Below are positions 19,171 through 29,710 of a stretch of DNA of 32,000 nucleotides, piece by piece. This stretch comes from Wigglesworthia glossinidia endosymbiont of Glossina morsitans morsitans (Yale colony) (GTDB taxonomy: Bacteria; Pseudomonadota; Gammaproteobacteria; Enterobacterales; Enterobacteriaceae). Both the position numbers and the translations under genes were made by a program. Every line of letters starts with the position of its first letter. Position 1 is the stretch's first letter. The DNA lies in the NCBI RefSeq assembly GCF_000247565.1, contig NC_016893.1, forward strand, positions 60,001-92,000, written 5' to 3'. The notes beneath the pieces were generated by a model. The model searched no databases. It was not told the DNA's origin and was given only the letters and a program-made list of their open reading frames with translations.

Positions 19171-20028
19171 TTGAGGAAATATATGAAAAATATAAACACT
19201 TTAACATGTGTTACACAAAGTAGCTTAGAAGCATATATTAAAACTGCCAACTCTTATTCTATGTTAAGTATAGAAGAAGAAAAATTTTTAACTAAACGAC
19301 TGCACTATAATAGAGATTTATTAGCAGCAAAAAAATTAATATTATCTCATTTAAGATTTGTAATTCATATTGCACGAAATTATTCTGGATATGGATTACC
19401 TCAAGCTGACTTAATTCAAGAAGGTAATGTCGGATTAATGAAAGCCGTGCGTAGATTTAATCCAGAAATTGGCGTACGATTAGTATCGTTTGCAGTACAT
19501 TGGATTAAAGCTGAAATTCATGAATATGTTTTAAGAAATTGGAGAATTGTGAAAGTTGCTACTACTAAAGCACAAAGAAAATTGTTTTTTAATTTACGTA
19601 AAGCTAAAAAAAAACTTGGATGGTTTAATCAATACGAAGTAGATATGTTAGCTAAAACTCTTGGCGTTACAAGTAAAGATGTGAGGGAAATGGAATCCAG
19701 AATGTCTGCACAAGATATGAGATTTGATTTTCATTTAGAAGAAGAAAAAAATAAAAGATGTTCCACGCGTTATTTAAAAGATAAAACTTCAAATTTTGCC
19801 AATCTTATTGCAGAAGATAACTGGGATCTTCATGCCACAGATAAATTATGTTCTGCATTATCTCAATTAGATCTCAGAAGTCAAGAAATTATACGTGCTC
19901 GTTGGCTTCAGGATGATAATAAAAGCACATTACAGATGTTGGCTAAAAAATATGGTATTTCAGCAGAAAGAGTACGTCAATTAGAACAAAACGCTATGAA
20001 AAAAATTCGTTTTTCTGTAGAATCTTAA
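19171..20028 (+). CDS. rpoH: RNA polymerase heat-shock sigma factor RpoH (sigma-32)
   Basis: 285 aa with '[98 protein letters not shown]'. The '[10 protein letters not shown]' stretch is diagnostic for RpoH. The start could instead be the second in-frame ATG. Confidence 0.98.
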   Translation: MRKYMKNINTLTCVTQSSLEAYIKTANSYSMLSIEEEKFLTKRLHYNRDLLAAKKLILSHLRFVIHIARNYSGYGLPQADLIQEGNVGLMKAVRRFNPEIGVRLVSFAVHWIKAEIHEYVLRNWRIVKVATTKAQRKLFFNLRKAKKKLGWFNQYEVDMLAKTLGVTSKDVREMESRMSAQDMRFDFHLEEEKNKRCSTRYLKDKTSNFANLIAEDNWDLHATDKLCSALSQLDLRSQEIIRARWLQDDNKSTLQMLAKKYGISAERVRQLEQNAMKKIRFSVES

Positions 20029-20059
20029 AAAGCAATTTTATTAAATAAAAATATATTTA

Positions 20060-21361
20060 TTATTTAAAAACATTATTTTTAAATACTTTTTTTGCTGCTG
20101 AAATTGTTTTATCTAGATCTTTTTTCTTATGTTTTAAAGAAACAAAATTTGATTCAGAAAAAGAAGGAGAAAACATTATTCCAAAATGTTGCATTTCTCG
20201 AAAAAAGAAATTAAATTTTTTTTTGCTACACAAAACAACATCTTGATACGATTGAATTTTTTTGTTTTTTGTAAAAAAAATACTAAACATGCTTCCACAT
20301 TGGTTAATTAATATAGAAACATTATTATTTTTTGCCACTTCATTGAGTCCATTTATTAGATAAGTTGTTTTTTTATTTAATTCGTTATATATCTCAGGAA
20401 ATTGCAAAATTTTTAAACAAGTATACCCTGCAATCATTGATATCGGATTTCCAGAAAAAGTACCGGCCTGATATACTGATCCTGTTGGAGTTAAATTTTG
20501 CATTATTTCTTTTTTTCCTCCAAATGCTCCGATAGGCAGTCCTCCTCCGATAATTTTACCAAGACAAGTGAGATCTGCATCAATTTTATAATAAGATTGC
20601 GCACCTCCTAAAGATATACGAAATCCAGTAATTACTTCATCCATAATTAATAAAGCATTAAAACGATTACACAAAATTCGTAATTGCTTTAAAAATTTAA
20701 TTTGTGATGGTATGCAACCCATATTTCCTGCGATAGGTTCAACAATAACACAAGCAATTTGATTAGAGAATAATTTAAATATTTTTTCTACACTTTCATA
20801 ATCATTATAAGGACATGATAAAGTTTCTGATAAAGCGCTTTCTGGAATTCCATCTGAAATAGATTGACTAGAAAATTCATTTTTTATATTTTTTTTAGAA
20901 CTACATGTTAATAGAAAATCCGAATGTCCATGATAACATCCATCAAATTTGATTATTTTATTTTTTTGAGTATATGCTCTTGCTAATCTTATTGCACTCA
21001 TTGTAGCTTCTGTACCTGAATTTACCATGCGTATCATTTCAATTGAAGGCATACATTTAGATATTAATTGCGCTATTTTTATTTCTATTTCAGTTAATAA
21101 ACCAAAATGTAATCCATTATTTATAAATTTTTTTATTTGAGATTTAATTTGTATATTATTATGCCCTAAAATTATTGCACCCCAAGTACAGATATAATCT
21201 ATATAACAATTTTTATTAATATCAAATAAGTATGGGCCATATGCTTTTTTTATAATTGAAGGAGTTGTTTGAACTGAACTAAATGCACGTATTGGCGAAT
21301 TTACACCTCCTGGCATAATTTTTTTTGCTTGCATGTATAGATTATTTAAGTTTATATTCAT
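20060..21361 (-). CDS. hemL: Glutamate-1-semialdehyde 2,1-aminomutase
   Basis: 433 aa 'MPGGVNSPIRAFSSV', 'MVNSGTEATMSAIRLARAYT', 'FDGCYHGHSDFLL', 'LIMDEVITGFRISLGGAQ', 'DLTCLGKIIGGGLPIGAFGGKKEIM', 'VYQAGTFSGNPISM'. Confidence 0.98.
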   Translation of the reverse strand: MNINLNNLYMQAKKIMPGGVNSPIRAFSSVQTTPSIIKKAYGPYLFDINKNCYIDYICTWGAIILGHNNIQIKSQIKKFINNGLHFGLLTEIEIKIAQLISKCMPSIEMIRMVNSGTEATMSAIRLARAYTQKNKIIKFDGCYHGHSDFLLTCSSKKNIKNEFSSQSISDGIPESALSETLSCPYNDYESVEKIFKLFSNQIACVIVEPIAGNMGCIPSQIKFLKQLRILCNRFNALLIMDEVITGFRISLGGAQSYYKIDADLTCLGKIIGGGLPIGAFGGKKEIMQNLTPTGSVYQAGTFSGNPISMIAGYTCLKILQFPEIYNELNKKTTYLINGLNEVAKNNNVSILINQCGSMFSIFFTKNKKIQSYQDVVLCSKKKFNFFFREMQHFGIMFSPSFSESNFVSLKHKKKDLDKTISAAKKVFKNNVFK

Positions 21362-21506
21362 AAAATATTATTTTCTATTAGCATTTTATATATTTAAGTC
21401 AATATAAATAATTATAACTAAAAATTAATTAAATAACATGTAGTTTTTTATTAAAAAATCATATTTAAATAAAAAAATAAATGTTATTTACAATAAAATA
21501 TAAACT

Positions 21507-21845
21507 ATGAATACTAAAAACTTATTAAATTTAAAACTAACAGATCTTGCTATAAAAAAAATTCAGGAACTTTTGCAGTGCCAATTAAATAAAAAATTTA
21601 GAATATATATTTCTGGAGGAGGGTGTAATGGATTTCAATATAATTTTATGATTGATGATAAAATAAGCGAAGAAGACTCTATAATTTCATTTTCTAAAAT
21701 TGACGTAGTAGTTGATTTTATAAGCCTGCAATATTTGATTGGTGGTACTATAGATTATAAAGAAGAACTGTTAGAATCATGTTTTTTTGTTATCAATCCA
21801 AATGCTAAAACTACTTGCAGTTGTGGAATATCGTTTAGCATTTAA
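21507..21845 (+). CDS. erpA: Iron-sulfur cluster insertion protein ErpA
   Basis: 112 aa A-type carrier with the three conserved cysteines ('SGGGCNGFQYNFMIDD' and 'TTCSCGISFSI'). Located next to hemL as in E. coli, with clcA missing. Confidence 0.93.
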   Translation: MNTKNLLNLKLTDLAIKKIQELLQCQLNKKFRIYISGGGCNGFQYNFMIDDKISEEDSIISFSKIDVVVDFISLQYLIGGTIDYKEELLESCFFVINPNAKTTCSCGISFSI

Positions 21846-21992
21846 TTGTCAAAATATATTTAAAATCATTATTATATTTTAAATGAAATTCAAACATTGA
21901 AATTAGTTTTAATACAAACGATTTTAAATTTTATTAAAAAATTATTTATTTAAACGCATATATATTGTTCTTTTTTGAAACAAGAAAATAGC

Positions 21993-23069
21993 TTAATAAG
22001 CTTTCTCTAAGTGATATACTTTAAATAAATATCTACGTGATTCTAAAGATGAATGACGTTTGCATATCAATTGATATACATCATCAGGATGTAAATGATT
22101 AATAATCTGAAAAGCTTTTATTTGATTACGAGAAAATACTTCTAACATAGCAGTCACGCCACCATGATAAGATGCAATCGTTGCATACTTTTTAGATATA
22201 GGATTAATAATAGCACTTAAGTAAGTATCACGTAATAAAGATAAATAAGCAGTTCCAATATCTATATTTTTTTCTGGATTTAACAAAATTTTTTTACTAG
22301 GACTTCCTAGTTTACCTTGCATTTTAAATACATCTCTACCGGCAGTATTTTGCACAATTTGCATTAATCCTACTGCTTTAGAACTACTTATAGCGTATGG
22401 ATTAAAATTCGATTCAGCTTCTATAATTGCTAAAATTAAAGATTTATCGATATTATATTTCTTTGAAGCTTTATAAATAAAATTTAAATATTTATGTGCT
22501 CTTTTATTAGATCTATCAAACTTTAAAGGTATTTTAATAGACCAAACTTGGTTAATATTCATATAATATGTTTTTAATTTTGTTTTCAATAAATAATCTG
22601 CAAATTTGTTTGCACGCCATTGATGACGTACAGGAACGCCATGATGATCTAACACTTGACCATATAGTAATGGTTCTTTTCTAGAAAAATTAGAATATTG
22701 ACTATTAAAATCAAAATCTGAAAAATCATTATTCATTAATAATGCAATCACAATTGCTTTATGTAAATAAGCCTTTGGATCTTGACGCATAGTAGTTTCA
22801 ATAATAATATTTTTAAAAAGAAAGTCTATATGAATTATAGTAATGTTATTATATGTAATTTTAGAAAAATTTTTTGGATCAATAATAAAAATTTTATTAT
22901 TTTCCCATAAACTTTCTGAATTTTGAGATGTATTCTGAATAATAATATTGAGGCTATTGCTGTATTTGTTTGGATTTTGATCAATTTTATTTTGGCTGTT
23001 AGAGCAAGAAGTTTGTAAAAAAATTATAATTAGCAAAAAAGGTATATTTTTCATAAAAATTTGAATCAA
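21993..23069 (-). CDS. mltC: Membrane-bound lytic murein transglycosylase C (lipoprotein)
   Basis: 358 aa with a signal/lipobox-like 'IIIFLQTSC' and SLT domain 'LILAIIEAESNFNPYAISSSKAVGLMQIVQNTAGRDVF'; mutY-yggX-mltC order. Confidence 0.95.
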   Translation of the reverse strand: MIQIFMKNIPFLLIIIFLQTSCSNSQNKIDQNPNKYSNSLNIIIQNTSQNSESLWENNKIFIIDPKNFSKITYNNITIIHIDFLFKNIIIETTMRQDPKAYLHKAIVIALLMNNDFSDFDFNSQYSNFSRKEPLLYGQVLDHHGVPVRHQWRANKFADYLLKTKLKTYYMNINQVWSIKIPLKFDRSNKRAHKYLNFIYKASKKYNIDKSLILAIIEAESNFNPYAISSSKAVGLMQIVQNTAGRDVFKMQGKLGSPSKKILLNPEKNIDIGTAYLSLLRDTYLSAIINPISKKYATIASYHGGVTAMLEVFSRNQIKAFQIINHLHPDDVYQLICKRHSSLESRRYLFKVYHLEKAY

Positions 23070-23122
23070 ATTAAATTTAATTTTTTAATATATTTAGAAT
23101 TTTAATCTGATTTAATGTAATT

Positions 23123-23365
23123 TTAATTTTGATTTTTTTTGAATAAAAAATCAATCATTTTTTTCTCTATCAATTTGCGATCATTTATGTTTATCATATT
23201 AAGTTTTTTTTCATTAATTAATACTGTTTGATAATTTTGCCAAATTTTCCAGGCTTCCTTAGAAATATGATTATGAATACGTATTCCTAAGGCTCCTGGA
23301 TATGGCGGAAAGTCTAATTGTTCACTAGTTTGATTTAGAAAAGTACAAAAAAATTTTTTTTTCAT
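23123..23365 (-). CDS. yggX: YggX, Fe2+-trafficking / oxidative protection protein
   Basis: 80 aa '[53 protein letters not shown]'. Confidence 0.96.
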   Translation of the reverse strand: MKKKFFCTFLNQTSEQLDFPPYPGALGIRIHNHISKEAWKIWQNYQTVLINEKKLNMININDRKLIEKKMIDFLFKKNQN

Positions 23366-23416
23366 ATTGTTTCCTAAAATTAAAAATTTTACATAAATTT
23401 ATGATTTAAATCACTG

Positions 23417-24463
23417 TTAATTTATTATTTTTAATATTTTTTTTACTGGTGCTGGTATTCCAATTTTGGGTGGATTATTTAATTTATACCAAATAAATTC
23501 TTTTCCGAAAAAAGATTCTTGTATATGGTTTTTTACAATTATTTTAATTGGTATAATATATAAATTTAGATTACATAGTCTATGTCTTATATTTTTCATT
23601 TTTTCTATAGAATCTATTTGAATTTTTTTGATATTTAACCAAATAAATAATAATTTTCGACAACTAAAATAAGGAAAACAAAATAGATCTTTCCAAATTT
23701 TGGATGATGTTTGATGTTGTAATAAAATTGACTGATTACTTTTTTTAATTAATATTAAATTCCATATTTCTATGTTAGAAATACAATATTTTTTTACTTT
23801 TTTTAATAAACTAAAATCATTAAAAGATTGATTAATGTATGTTTTACAATTCATGCTTATCGGGCATATTAAACATTTTGGATGATGTTTAGTACAAATT
23901 TGTGAACCAAGATCCATGATGCCTTGATTAAAATTACCGCAATTTTTTTCAGGCATAATTTTTTCGAGATATTTCCAGAAGTATTTTTCTCTTTTTTCAG
24001 AATATACAATAGATAGATATCTGCTAAATAATCTTTTGACATTTCCATCTAATATTGGATATTTTTTATCGTATACTGACGATAATATTGCACCTGCAGT
24101 AGAACGTCCTATTCCTGGAAATTTTAGTAAAATGTAAAAATCTTTTGGAAATTTACCATTAAATTCATTTTGAATAATTTGACTTGTTTTATATATATTA
24201 CGTGCTCGTGCATAATATCCTAGCCCAGACCATAAATGTAAAATATGATCTAAAGAAGCTTGAGATAATGAATAAATGTTTGGATATTTTTTAATAAATT
24301 TACTGAAGTAAATTTTTACTTTTTTTACTTGAGTTTGTTGTAACATAATTTCTGATATCCAAACTTTATAAATTGTTTTATTTATTTGCCAAGGTAAGTT
24401 TTTCCTGCCGAATGCTTGATGCCAAAATAATATTTTAGAAGAAATAGTTAAAATGTTTTTCAT
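23417..24463 (-). CDS. mutY: Adenine DNA glycosylase MutY
   Basis: 348 aa 'LPWQINKTIYKVWISEIMLQQTQVKKV', 'LPGIGRSTAGAILSSVYDKKYPILDGNVKRLFSR', and an intact C-x6-C-x2-C-x5-C iron-sulfur loop (CTKHHPKCLICPISMNC). Confidence 0.97.
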   Translation of the reverse strand: MKNILTISSKILFWHQAFGRKNLPWQINKTIYKVWISEIMLQQTQVKKVKIYFSKFIKKYPNIYSLSQASLDHILHLWSGLGYYARARNIYKTSQIIQNEFNGKFPKDFYILLKFPGIGRSTAGAILSSVYDKKYPILDGNVKRLFSRYLSIVYSEKREKYFWKYLEKIMPEKNCGNFNQGIMDLGSQICTKHHPKCLICPISMNCKTYINQSFNDFSLLKKVKKYCISNIEIWNLILIKKSNQSILLQHQTSSKIWKDLFCFPYFSCRKLLFIWLNIKKIQIDSIEKMKNIRHRLCNLNLYIIPIKIIVKNHIQESFFGKEFIWYKLNNPPKIGIPAPVKKILKIIN

Positions 24464-24544
24464 ATATGATTTAAAAATGTTTTAAATAATAAAAATTATA
24501 AATTTTACTAAAATAAAATTCTGATTTATCACATGAAAAAAAAA

Positions 24545-24600
24545 TAATCATGTTCGTATTTTTGTTACACTTCGATGACAATTAAAAGAAAATAAAATTT
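24545..24600 (+). pseudogene. Possible remnant of trmB (tRNA m7G46 methyltransferase) N-terminal region
   Basis: In the frame starting at 24555 the + strand reads R-I-F-V-T-L-R-*-Q-L-K-E-N, resembling the conserved TrmB 'RSFV-x-R-x-G-x-LTK' segment with a stop at the Gly position. trmB is divergent from mutY in E. coli, and the non-coding gap here (24464-25241) is about trmB-sized. Short and low complexity. Confidence 0.25.
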
Positions 24601-25241
24601 TAATTTTATATGAATATTAAAAAATATACATTTTATTAAAGATAGCTTTTCACTGATGAAAATCTTTTAAAAGAATATTAATAATTATAATCTAATTTGA
24701 TTTTAAATAAGCAATATATTTGATGAAAATTTTTAGAAAATTTAAAAAAATTTTAGTTTTAGTATATTTTTTTAAAATTTTATTTTTAAAGTTAATTACG
24801 ATTAAAAAAAATAAAATTTATTCGGATATATCAAATTTTTTGAAAAAACATTAAAATTTATTGATAAAAATCACATTATATCATAAATCAAATACTTCTT
24901 ATTAGGTTCTTTTAGTAAATTTTGATGTCATAAAAAATAATTTTTAAAAAATTATTTATTCAAAATTTATATTAAAAATCAATTTTAAAAATTTTTTAAT
25001 TTATACTATAAATTTAGAATTTTAAATGAACTATGTATAATGTAACACTTAAAAATTTAAAATTATCCCCCTGTATTATTCGCAAAGCTAACATGTAATA
25101 AAACTTCAGATTATCTCTATCAATAAAAAAATTTAACCTATACTTTTATAGTAATTATTGAAATAAAAATTTAAAAAATTTTTAATGATGAAAAAAATTA
25201 ATTGCGTAATTTTATTTGTAATAAATACGTAGAAAAATACA

Positions 25242-25835
25242 TTATGAATAAATTATTTTATTAATCATTTTTTTAATTGCTTTACTTCTATGTGATATTC
25301 GTGTTTTTTCTTTTAAAGTAAGCTCTGAAAGCATTTTATTATGATTGATAAGAAAAAAAATTGGATCGTATCCAAAACCATTTTTACTTTTTGATATAAA
25401 TTTTGCAATAACTCCATTTAAAGATCCTTCTACAACTATTGGAATTGGATCTTCAGGAAAACGTACATATGCTAAAGCACAATATAACTGTGCATTACGT
25501 TCAGACATTTTAAAATTAGACATTTCTTTTAAAACTTTTTCAATATTACTTTTATCTGTAGATAATGCGCCGCAAAATCGTGAAGAATAAACGCCGGGTT
25601 TTCCATTTAACATTTTTATAATTAATCCGGAATCGTCAGCTAACGCTGGAAACCCCGATTTAGATGCATGACGTGCTTTTATCAATGCATTTTCTATAAA
25701 TGTTGGTGCAGATTCAACAACTTTTTCTATATTTAAATTTTTTTGAGAAATTACTTCAATTTTTTCTTTATATAACAATTCTTTAAATTCATTGATTTTA
25801 TTTTGATTAGTTGTTGCTAAAATGATTTTTTTCAT
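25242..25835 (-). CDS. rdgB: dITP/XTP pyrophosphatase RdgB
   Basis: 197 aa 'ILATTNQNKINEFKELL', 'TFIENALIKARHASKSGFPALADDSGLII', 'NGKPGVYSSRF', 'KNGFGYDPIFF'. Confidence 0.97.
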   Translation of the reverse strand: MKKIILATTNQNKINEFKELLYKEKIEVISQKNLNIEKVVESAPTFIENALIKARHASKSGFPALADDSGLIIKMLNGKPGVYSSRFCGALSTDKSNIEKVLKEMSNFKMSERNAQLYCALAYVRFPEDPIPIVVEGSLNGVIAKFISKSKNGFGYDPIFFLINHNKMLSELTLKEKTRISHRSKAIKKMINKIIYS

Positions 25836-25981
25836 GTGTATATTTTTAATATTAATTTATAACAAGAGTATAAAACGCATTTTTGTCTAAAACATTCAGG
25901 ATTTTATTTATTTTTGAATAAAATTAATTAATACATGAAATATGCTAAAAATTTGATATTTAAATATAAAAACAATATAAT

Positions 25982-26800
25982 TTAATTCGCAGCATTTTCG
26001 ATTTCTTTTGCTTTATCAGCTGCAGATCGCATAGATTTTTCAATAATTTTTTGAAAATTATATTGTTCAAATACATTTAGTGCAGCTTCTGTCGTACCGC
26101 CTTTAGAAACCACATGATGTTTCAAAACTTGAAACGATTTATCATGAAAATATTCTGCTAACATAGCAGACCCTTTTGCTGTTTGCACAATAAGTTCTTT
26201 GATATATTCTACATTTAAACCCATTTTTTGTGCAGATTTTTGCATGCATTCCATCATAAGAAAAAAATATGCAGGTGCACTAGAAGCGGCTGCAATAATA
26301 TAATTTAATTCGTTTTCATGTGATAACCAAAACGTTTTACTAATTTTACTAAAAAGTTCTGTTATCATTTCTTTTTGATTTTTATTTATTTTTTGAGCAT
26401 ATAATCCAGTAACACCTTGATTAATTAATACAGGAGTATTTGGCATAGCGCGTACTATAGTGGCGTTTTTATTTGAAATATACTCATGAATTTTTTTAAC
26501 AGTAACACCTGCGGCTACAGAAATAATAATTTTTTTTGATAAATTTTCTATATCTTTTATTTCTGAACATACTATAGGAATTACATTAGGTTTAACGGCT
26601 AAAATGATTATATCTCCTATGTGCATTCCGTGCGTATTATTTTTAAAATTTTTCAATGAACATTGATTTGAAATTGCAGTACGACTTTGCTCGTCAGGAG
26701 AGCAAATACAAATATTTTCTTTTAAATATTTTGATGAGATTAATCCTAAAATCATAGATTCTGCTATTTTTCCTGATCCGATAAATGTTAATTTTTTCAT
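25982..26800 (-). CDS. proC: Pyrroline-5-carboxylate reductase
   Basis: 272 aa 'KLTFIGSGKIAESMILGLI', 'ILAVKPNVIPIVCSEI', 'IISVAAGVTVKKI', 'IVRAMPNTPVLINQGVTGLY', 'VVSKGGTTEAALNVFE'. Confidence 0.97.
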   Translation of the reverse strand: MKKLTFIGSGKIAESMILGLISSKYLKENICICSPDEQSRTAISNQCSLKNFKNNTHGMHIGDIIILAVKPNVIPIVCSEIKDIENLSKKIIISVAAGVTVKKIHEYISNKNATIVRAMPNTPVLINQGVTGLYAQKINKNQKEMITELFSKISKTFWLSHENELNYIIAAASSAPAYFFLMMECMQKSAQKMGLNVEYIKELIVQTAKGSAMLAEYFHDKSFQVLKHHVVSKGGTTEAALNVFEQYNFQKIIEKSMRSAADKAKEIENAAN

Positions 26801-26819
26801 TTTTTTCCTTTTAATTTCA

Positions 26820-27530
26820 TTATTTTTTATTCTGAAAGATCCCGTTTCCTATGCGCAATAATGTACTTCCTTCTGCAATTGCTGCAATCATATCATTTGT
26901 CATTCCTGTAGATAAAATATCTATATTTGGGTAGATATTTTGTAAATTAAAGAAAACTTGGTATAAATTATAAAAATTTGCACGTTGTTTTACAAAATTA
27001 TTTGTTTTTATAGGAATCGCCATAATTCCTCTAAGTTTTAAATATATGCATTTTTTATGAATAAATTCTGCAATTGTTTGCACGTCTTTTAAATTTGCGC
27101 CGTATTTGCTCATTTCTTGATTAAGATTAATTTGAATTAATACTTGTAAAGATTTTTGTACTTTTTCTCGATGTTTATTAAGATTTTTAGCAACATTTAT
27201 GTGGCCAATAGTATGGCACCAATCAAAATATTTTGATACTAATATGCTTTTATTAGATTGAACTAATCCGATCATGTGCCAAACTAATTTATTTTTTGGT
27301 TGATTTTTTTTAAACCAAAGTATTTTATTTATTGCTTCTTGTGCATAACTTTCTCCAAAATGATTTTGTTTACACGCTTGAATTAATTGAATTTCTTCTG
27401 TAGAACGTGATTTGCTTACTACTAATAAGTTTATGTTTTTTGGATTTTTGTTATAAAGTTTAGCTGATTTTTTTATTAGTTCTTTTATTTTTTTAAAATT
27501 TTCTTGAATAACATGCATATTAAAACTCAT
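26820..27530 (-). CDS. yggS: Pyridoxal phosphate homeostasis protein YggS
   Basis: 236 aa 'NLLVVSKSRSTEEIQ', 'HFGESYAQEAINK', 'WHMIGLVQSNKS', 'VLIQINLNQEMSKYGA', 'LRLKGIMAIP', 'LSTGMTNDMIAAIAEGSTLLRIGNGIF'. Confidence 0.96.
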   Translation of the reverse strand: MSFNMHVIQENFKKIKELIKKSAKLYNKNPKNINLLVVSKSRSTEEIQLIQACKQNHFGESYAQEAINKILWFKKNQPKNKLVWHMIGLVQSNKSILVSKYFDWCHTIGHINVAKNLNKHREKVQKSLQVLIQINLNQEMSKYGANLKDVQTIAEFIHKKCIYLKLRGIMAIPIKTNNFVKQRANFYNLYQVFFNLQNIYPNIDILSTGMTNDMIAAIAEGSTLLRIGNGIFQNKK

Positions 27531-27793
27531 AAATTTATAACGCTATTTTATATATATCAATTATTTTTAATTTTTTATTAACTTATAATATTTTTCTTAT
27601 ATATTATATAATAAAATTAAATTATTTAAAATTTAAAATGTGCTAGTTTTCGTTACCATATTAAATGAATTTTTCCATTCTATTTTAGAATAATTAAATA
27701 TTTAATATTCAAATAACATTTATACTAGTTACAATTCAGATTGTACTATACTTAAGTAAGTGTAATTTATATTGTAAATTCATTGGAGAAAAT

Positions 27794-29707
27794 ATGCCAG
27801 TTATAACTTATTTGAATAATAAAAAGTTATTTTATGAAGGTTCTTTATCAATTTTAAAAATTGTTGAAAAATTGGATTCTGATTTATCAGAAAAATGCAT
27901 TTCTGCAAAAATTAATGGAAAATTAATGGATGTATCAGATATGATAGATTATGATGCATATCTAGAAATTATTACTCCACAAGATAAAGACGGAATTAAC
28001 ATTATTCGACATTCTTGTGCACATCTTTTAGGACATGCAATTAAACAATTGTGGCCTGAAGCTAAAATGGCAATTGGACCCACTATTAAAAATGGTTTTT
28101 ATTATGATATTGACTTAAACCATCAATTATCTTTGAATGATTTGCAAACAATAGAAAATAGGATGCATATACTAACTAAAAAAAATTATTCAATTAAAAA
28201 AAAATATGTTTCTTGGCAAGAAGCATATAATATTTTTTTAGATCGCAAAGAAATATATAAAATAAAAATTTTAAAAGAGAATATTTCAAAAAATTCATAT
28301 TTATCACTTTATTATCACGAAGAATATATTGATATGTGTCTTGGACCACATGTTCCTAAAATAGGTTTTTGTAGTTTTTTTAAATTGCAAAAAATTTCTG
28401 GAGCTTATTGGAGAGGAAAAAATGAAAATAAAATGTTGCAAAGAATATATGGAACTGCATGGAATTCCAAAGATACATTAATTAAATTCCTTGTAAATTT
28501 AGAAGAATGCAAAAAAAGAGATCATAGAATTATTGGAAAAAAATTAGATTTATTTCACATTCAAAATAATATGCCAGGAATGGTATTCTGGCATGAAAAT
28601 GGATTAATAATTTTTCATATTTTAAAAAAATTTATACGAATGCAGCTACGTAAATATAATTATCAGGAAGTCAAGACGCCACTGCTTATGAATTACAATT
28701 TATGGGAATCTAGTGGACACTTGGCAAATTACGGAAGTAGCATGTTTTATACTCAGTCAGAAAATCAAAAATACTGTATTAAGCCAATGAATTGTCCAGC
28801 ACATTTATTAATTTTTAAAAAAACTTTGAAATCTTATCGAGATCTTCCTATACGTATATCAGAATTTGGTATTTGTCATAGAAATGAACCATCTGGAGCA
28901 TTACATGGACTAATGCGTATCCGAAATTTTACGCAAGATGATGCACATATATTTTGCACATATGATCAAATTCATACAGAAATAAGTAATTGTATTAATA
29001 TGGTATACGATGTATATAGTTGTTTTAGATTTAAAAAAATACTCGTTCGATTGTCTACGCGTCCTGAAAAACGTATTGGCAATGATGAAATTTGGGATTT
29101 TGCAGAACAACAGTTAGAATCTGTATTAAAAAGTAAAAATATTTCTTTTGTCCATGAACCATATGAAGGCGCTTTTTACGGTCCAAAAATTGAATTTACC
29201 TTACTAGATTCATTATTTCGTAAATGGCAGTGTGGGACAATTCAATTAGATTTTTTTTCTCCAAAAAAATTAAAAGCATATTATGTAGATCGTGAGAATA
29301 AACGTATAAATCCTGTAATGATTCATCGCGCCATTTTAGGATCTATAGAACGTTTTATTGGAATTATTACAGAAGAATATTCCGGAAAATACCCATTATG
29401 GATAGCTCCAGTGCAGGTCGTTGTTGTTAATATCACAAATTCAGAAGTTGAATATGCAAAAAATGTATATAATTTCTTTTTTAAAAGAAAAATTCGAGTA
29501 AAATTAGATTTGAGAAATGAAAAAATAGGATTTAAAATTAGAGAATATACTTTACGTTGTATCCCATATATATTAATCTGTGGAAAACAAGAATTAGATT
29601 CTAAAACAGTATCAGTACGTACACAAAAAGGAAAAAAATTCGAAAAAATTAATATAGAAGAATTTTACTATAAATTATCTCAAGAAATTTTATTAAAAAA
29701 ATGTTAA
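27794..29707 (+). CDS. thrS: Threonyl-tRNA synthetase
   Basis: 637 aa with editing-domain '[24 protein letters not shown]' and catalytic-domain '[16 protein letters not shown]...[35 protein letters not shown]'. The stop codon is followed at once by the infC Shine-Dalgarno. Confidence 0.99.
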   Translation: MPVITYLNNKKLFYEGSLSILKIVEKLDSDLSEKCISAKINGKLMDVSDMIDYDAYLEIITPQDKDGINIIRHSCAHLLGHAIKQLWPEAKMAIGPTIKNGFYYDIDLNHQLSLNDLQTIENRMHILTKKNYSIKKKYVSWQEAYNIFLDRKEIYKIKILKENISKNSYLSLYYHEEYIDMCLGPHVPKIGFCSFFKLQKISGAYWRGKNENKMLQRIYGTAWNSKDTLIKFLVNLEECKKRDHRIIGKKLDLFHIQNNMPGMVFWHENGLIIFHILKKFIRMQLRKYNYQEVKTPLLMNYNLWESSGHLANYGSSMFYTQSENQKYCIKPMNCPAHLLIFKKTLKSYRDLPIRISEFGICHRNEPSGALHGLMRIRNFTQDDAHIFCTYDQIHTEISNCINMVYDVYSCFRFKKILVRLSTRPEKRIGNDEIWDFAEQQLESVLKSKNISFVHEPYEGAFYGPKIEFTLLDSLFRKWQCGTIQLDFFSPKKLKAYYVDRENKRINPVMIHRAILGSIERFIGIITEEYSGKYPLWIAPVQVVVVNITNSEVEYAKNVYNFFFKRKIRVKLDLRNEKIGFKIREYTLRCIPYILICGKQELDSKTVSVRTQKGKKFEKINIEEFYYKLSQEILLKKC

Positions 29708-29710
29708 TTT

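Noticed and set aside
25345-25590. 81-aa + strand ORF inside rdgB
   Set aside because: Antisense shadow of conserved RdgB coding sequence.
27531-27793. thrS leader as a tRNA-like autoregulatory operator, as in E. coli
   Set aside because: Looked for anticodon-arm-like stems upstream of the thrS ATG but found only weak AT hairpins; not supportable without folding software.
28910-29110. 66-aa minus-strand ORF inside thrS
   Set aside because: Antisense shadow of the ThrS catalytic domain.
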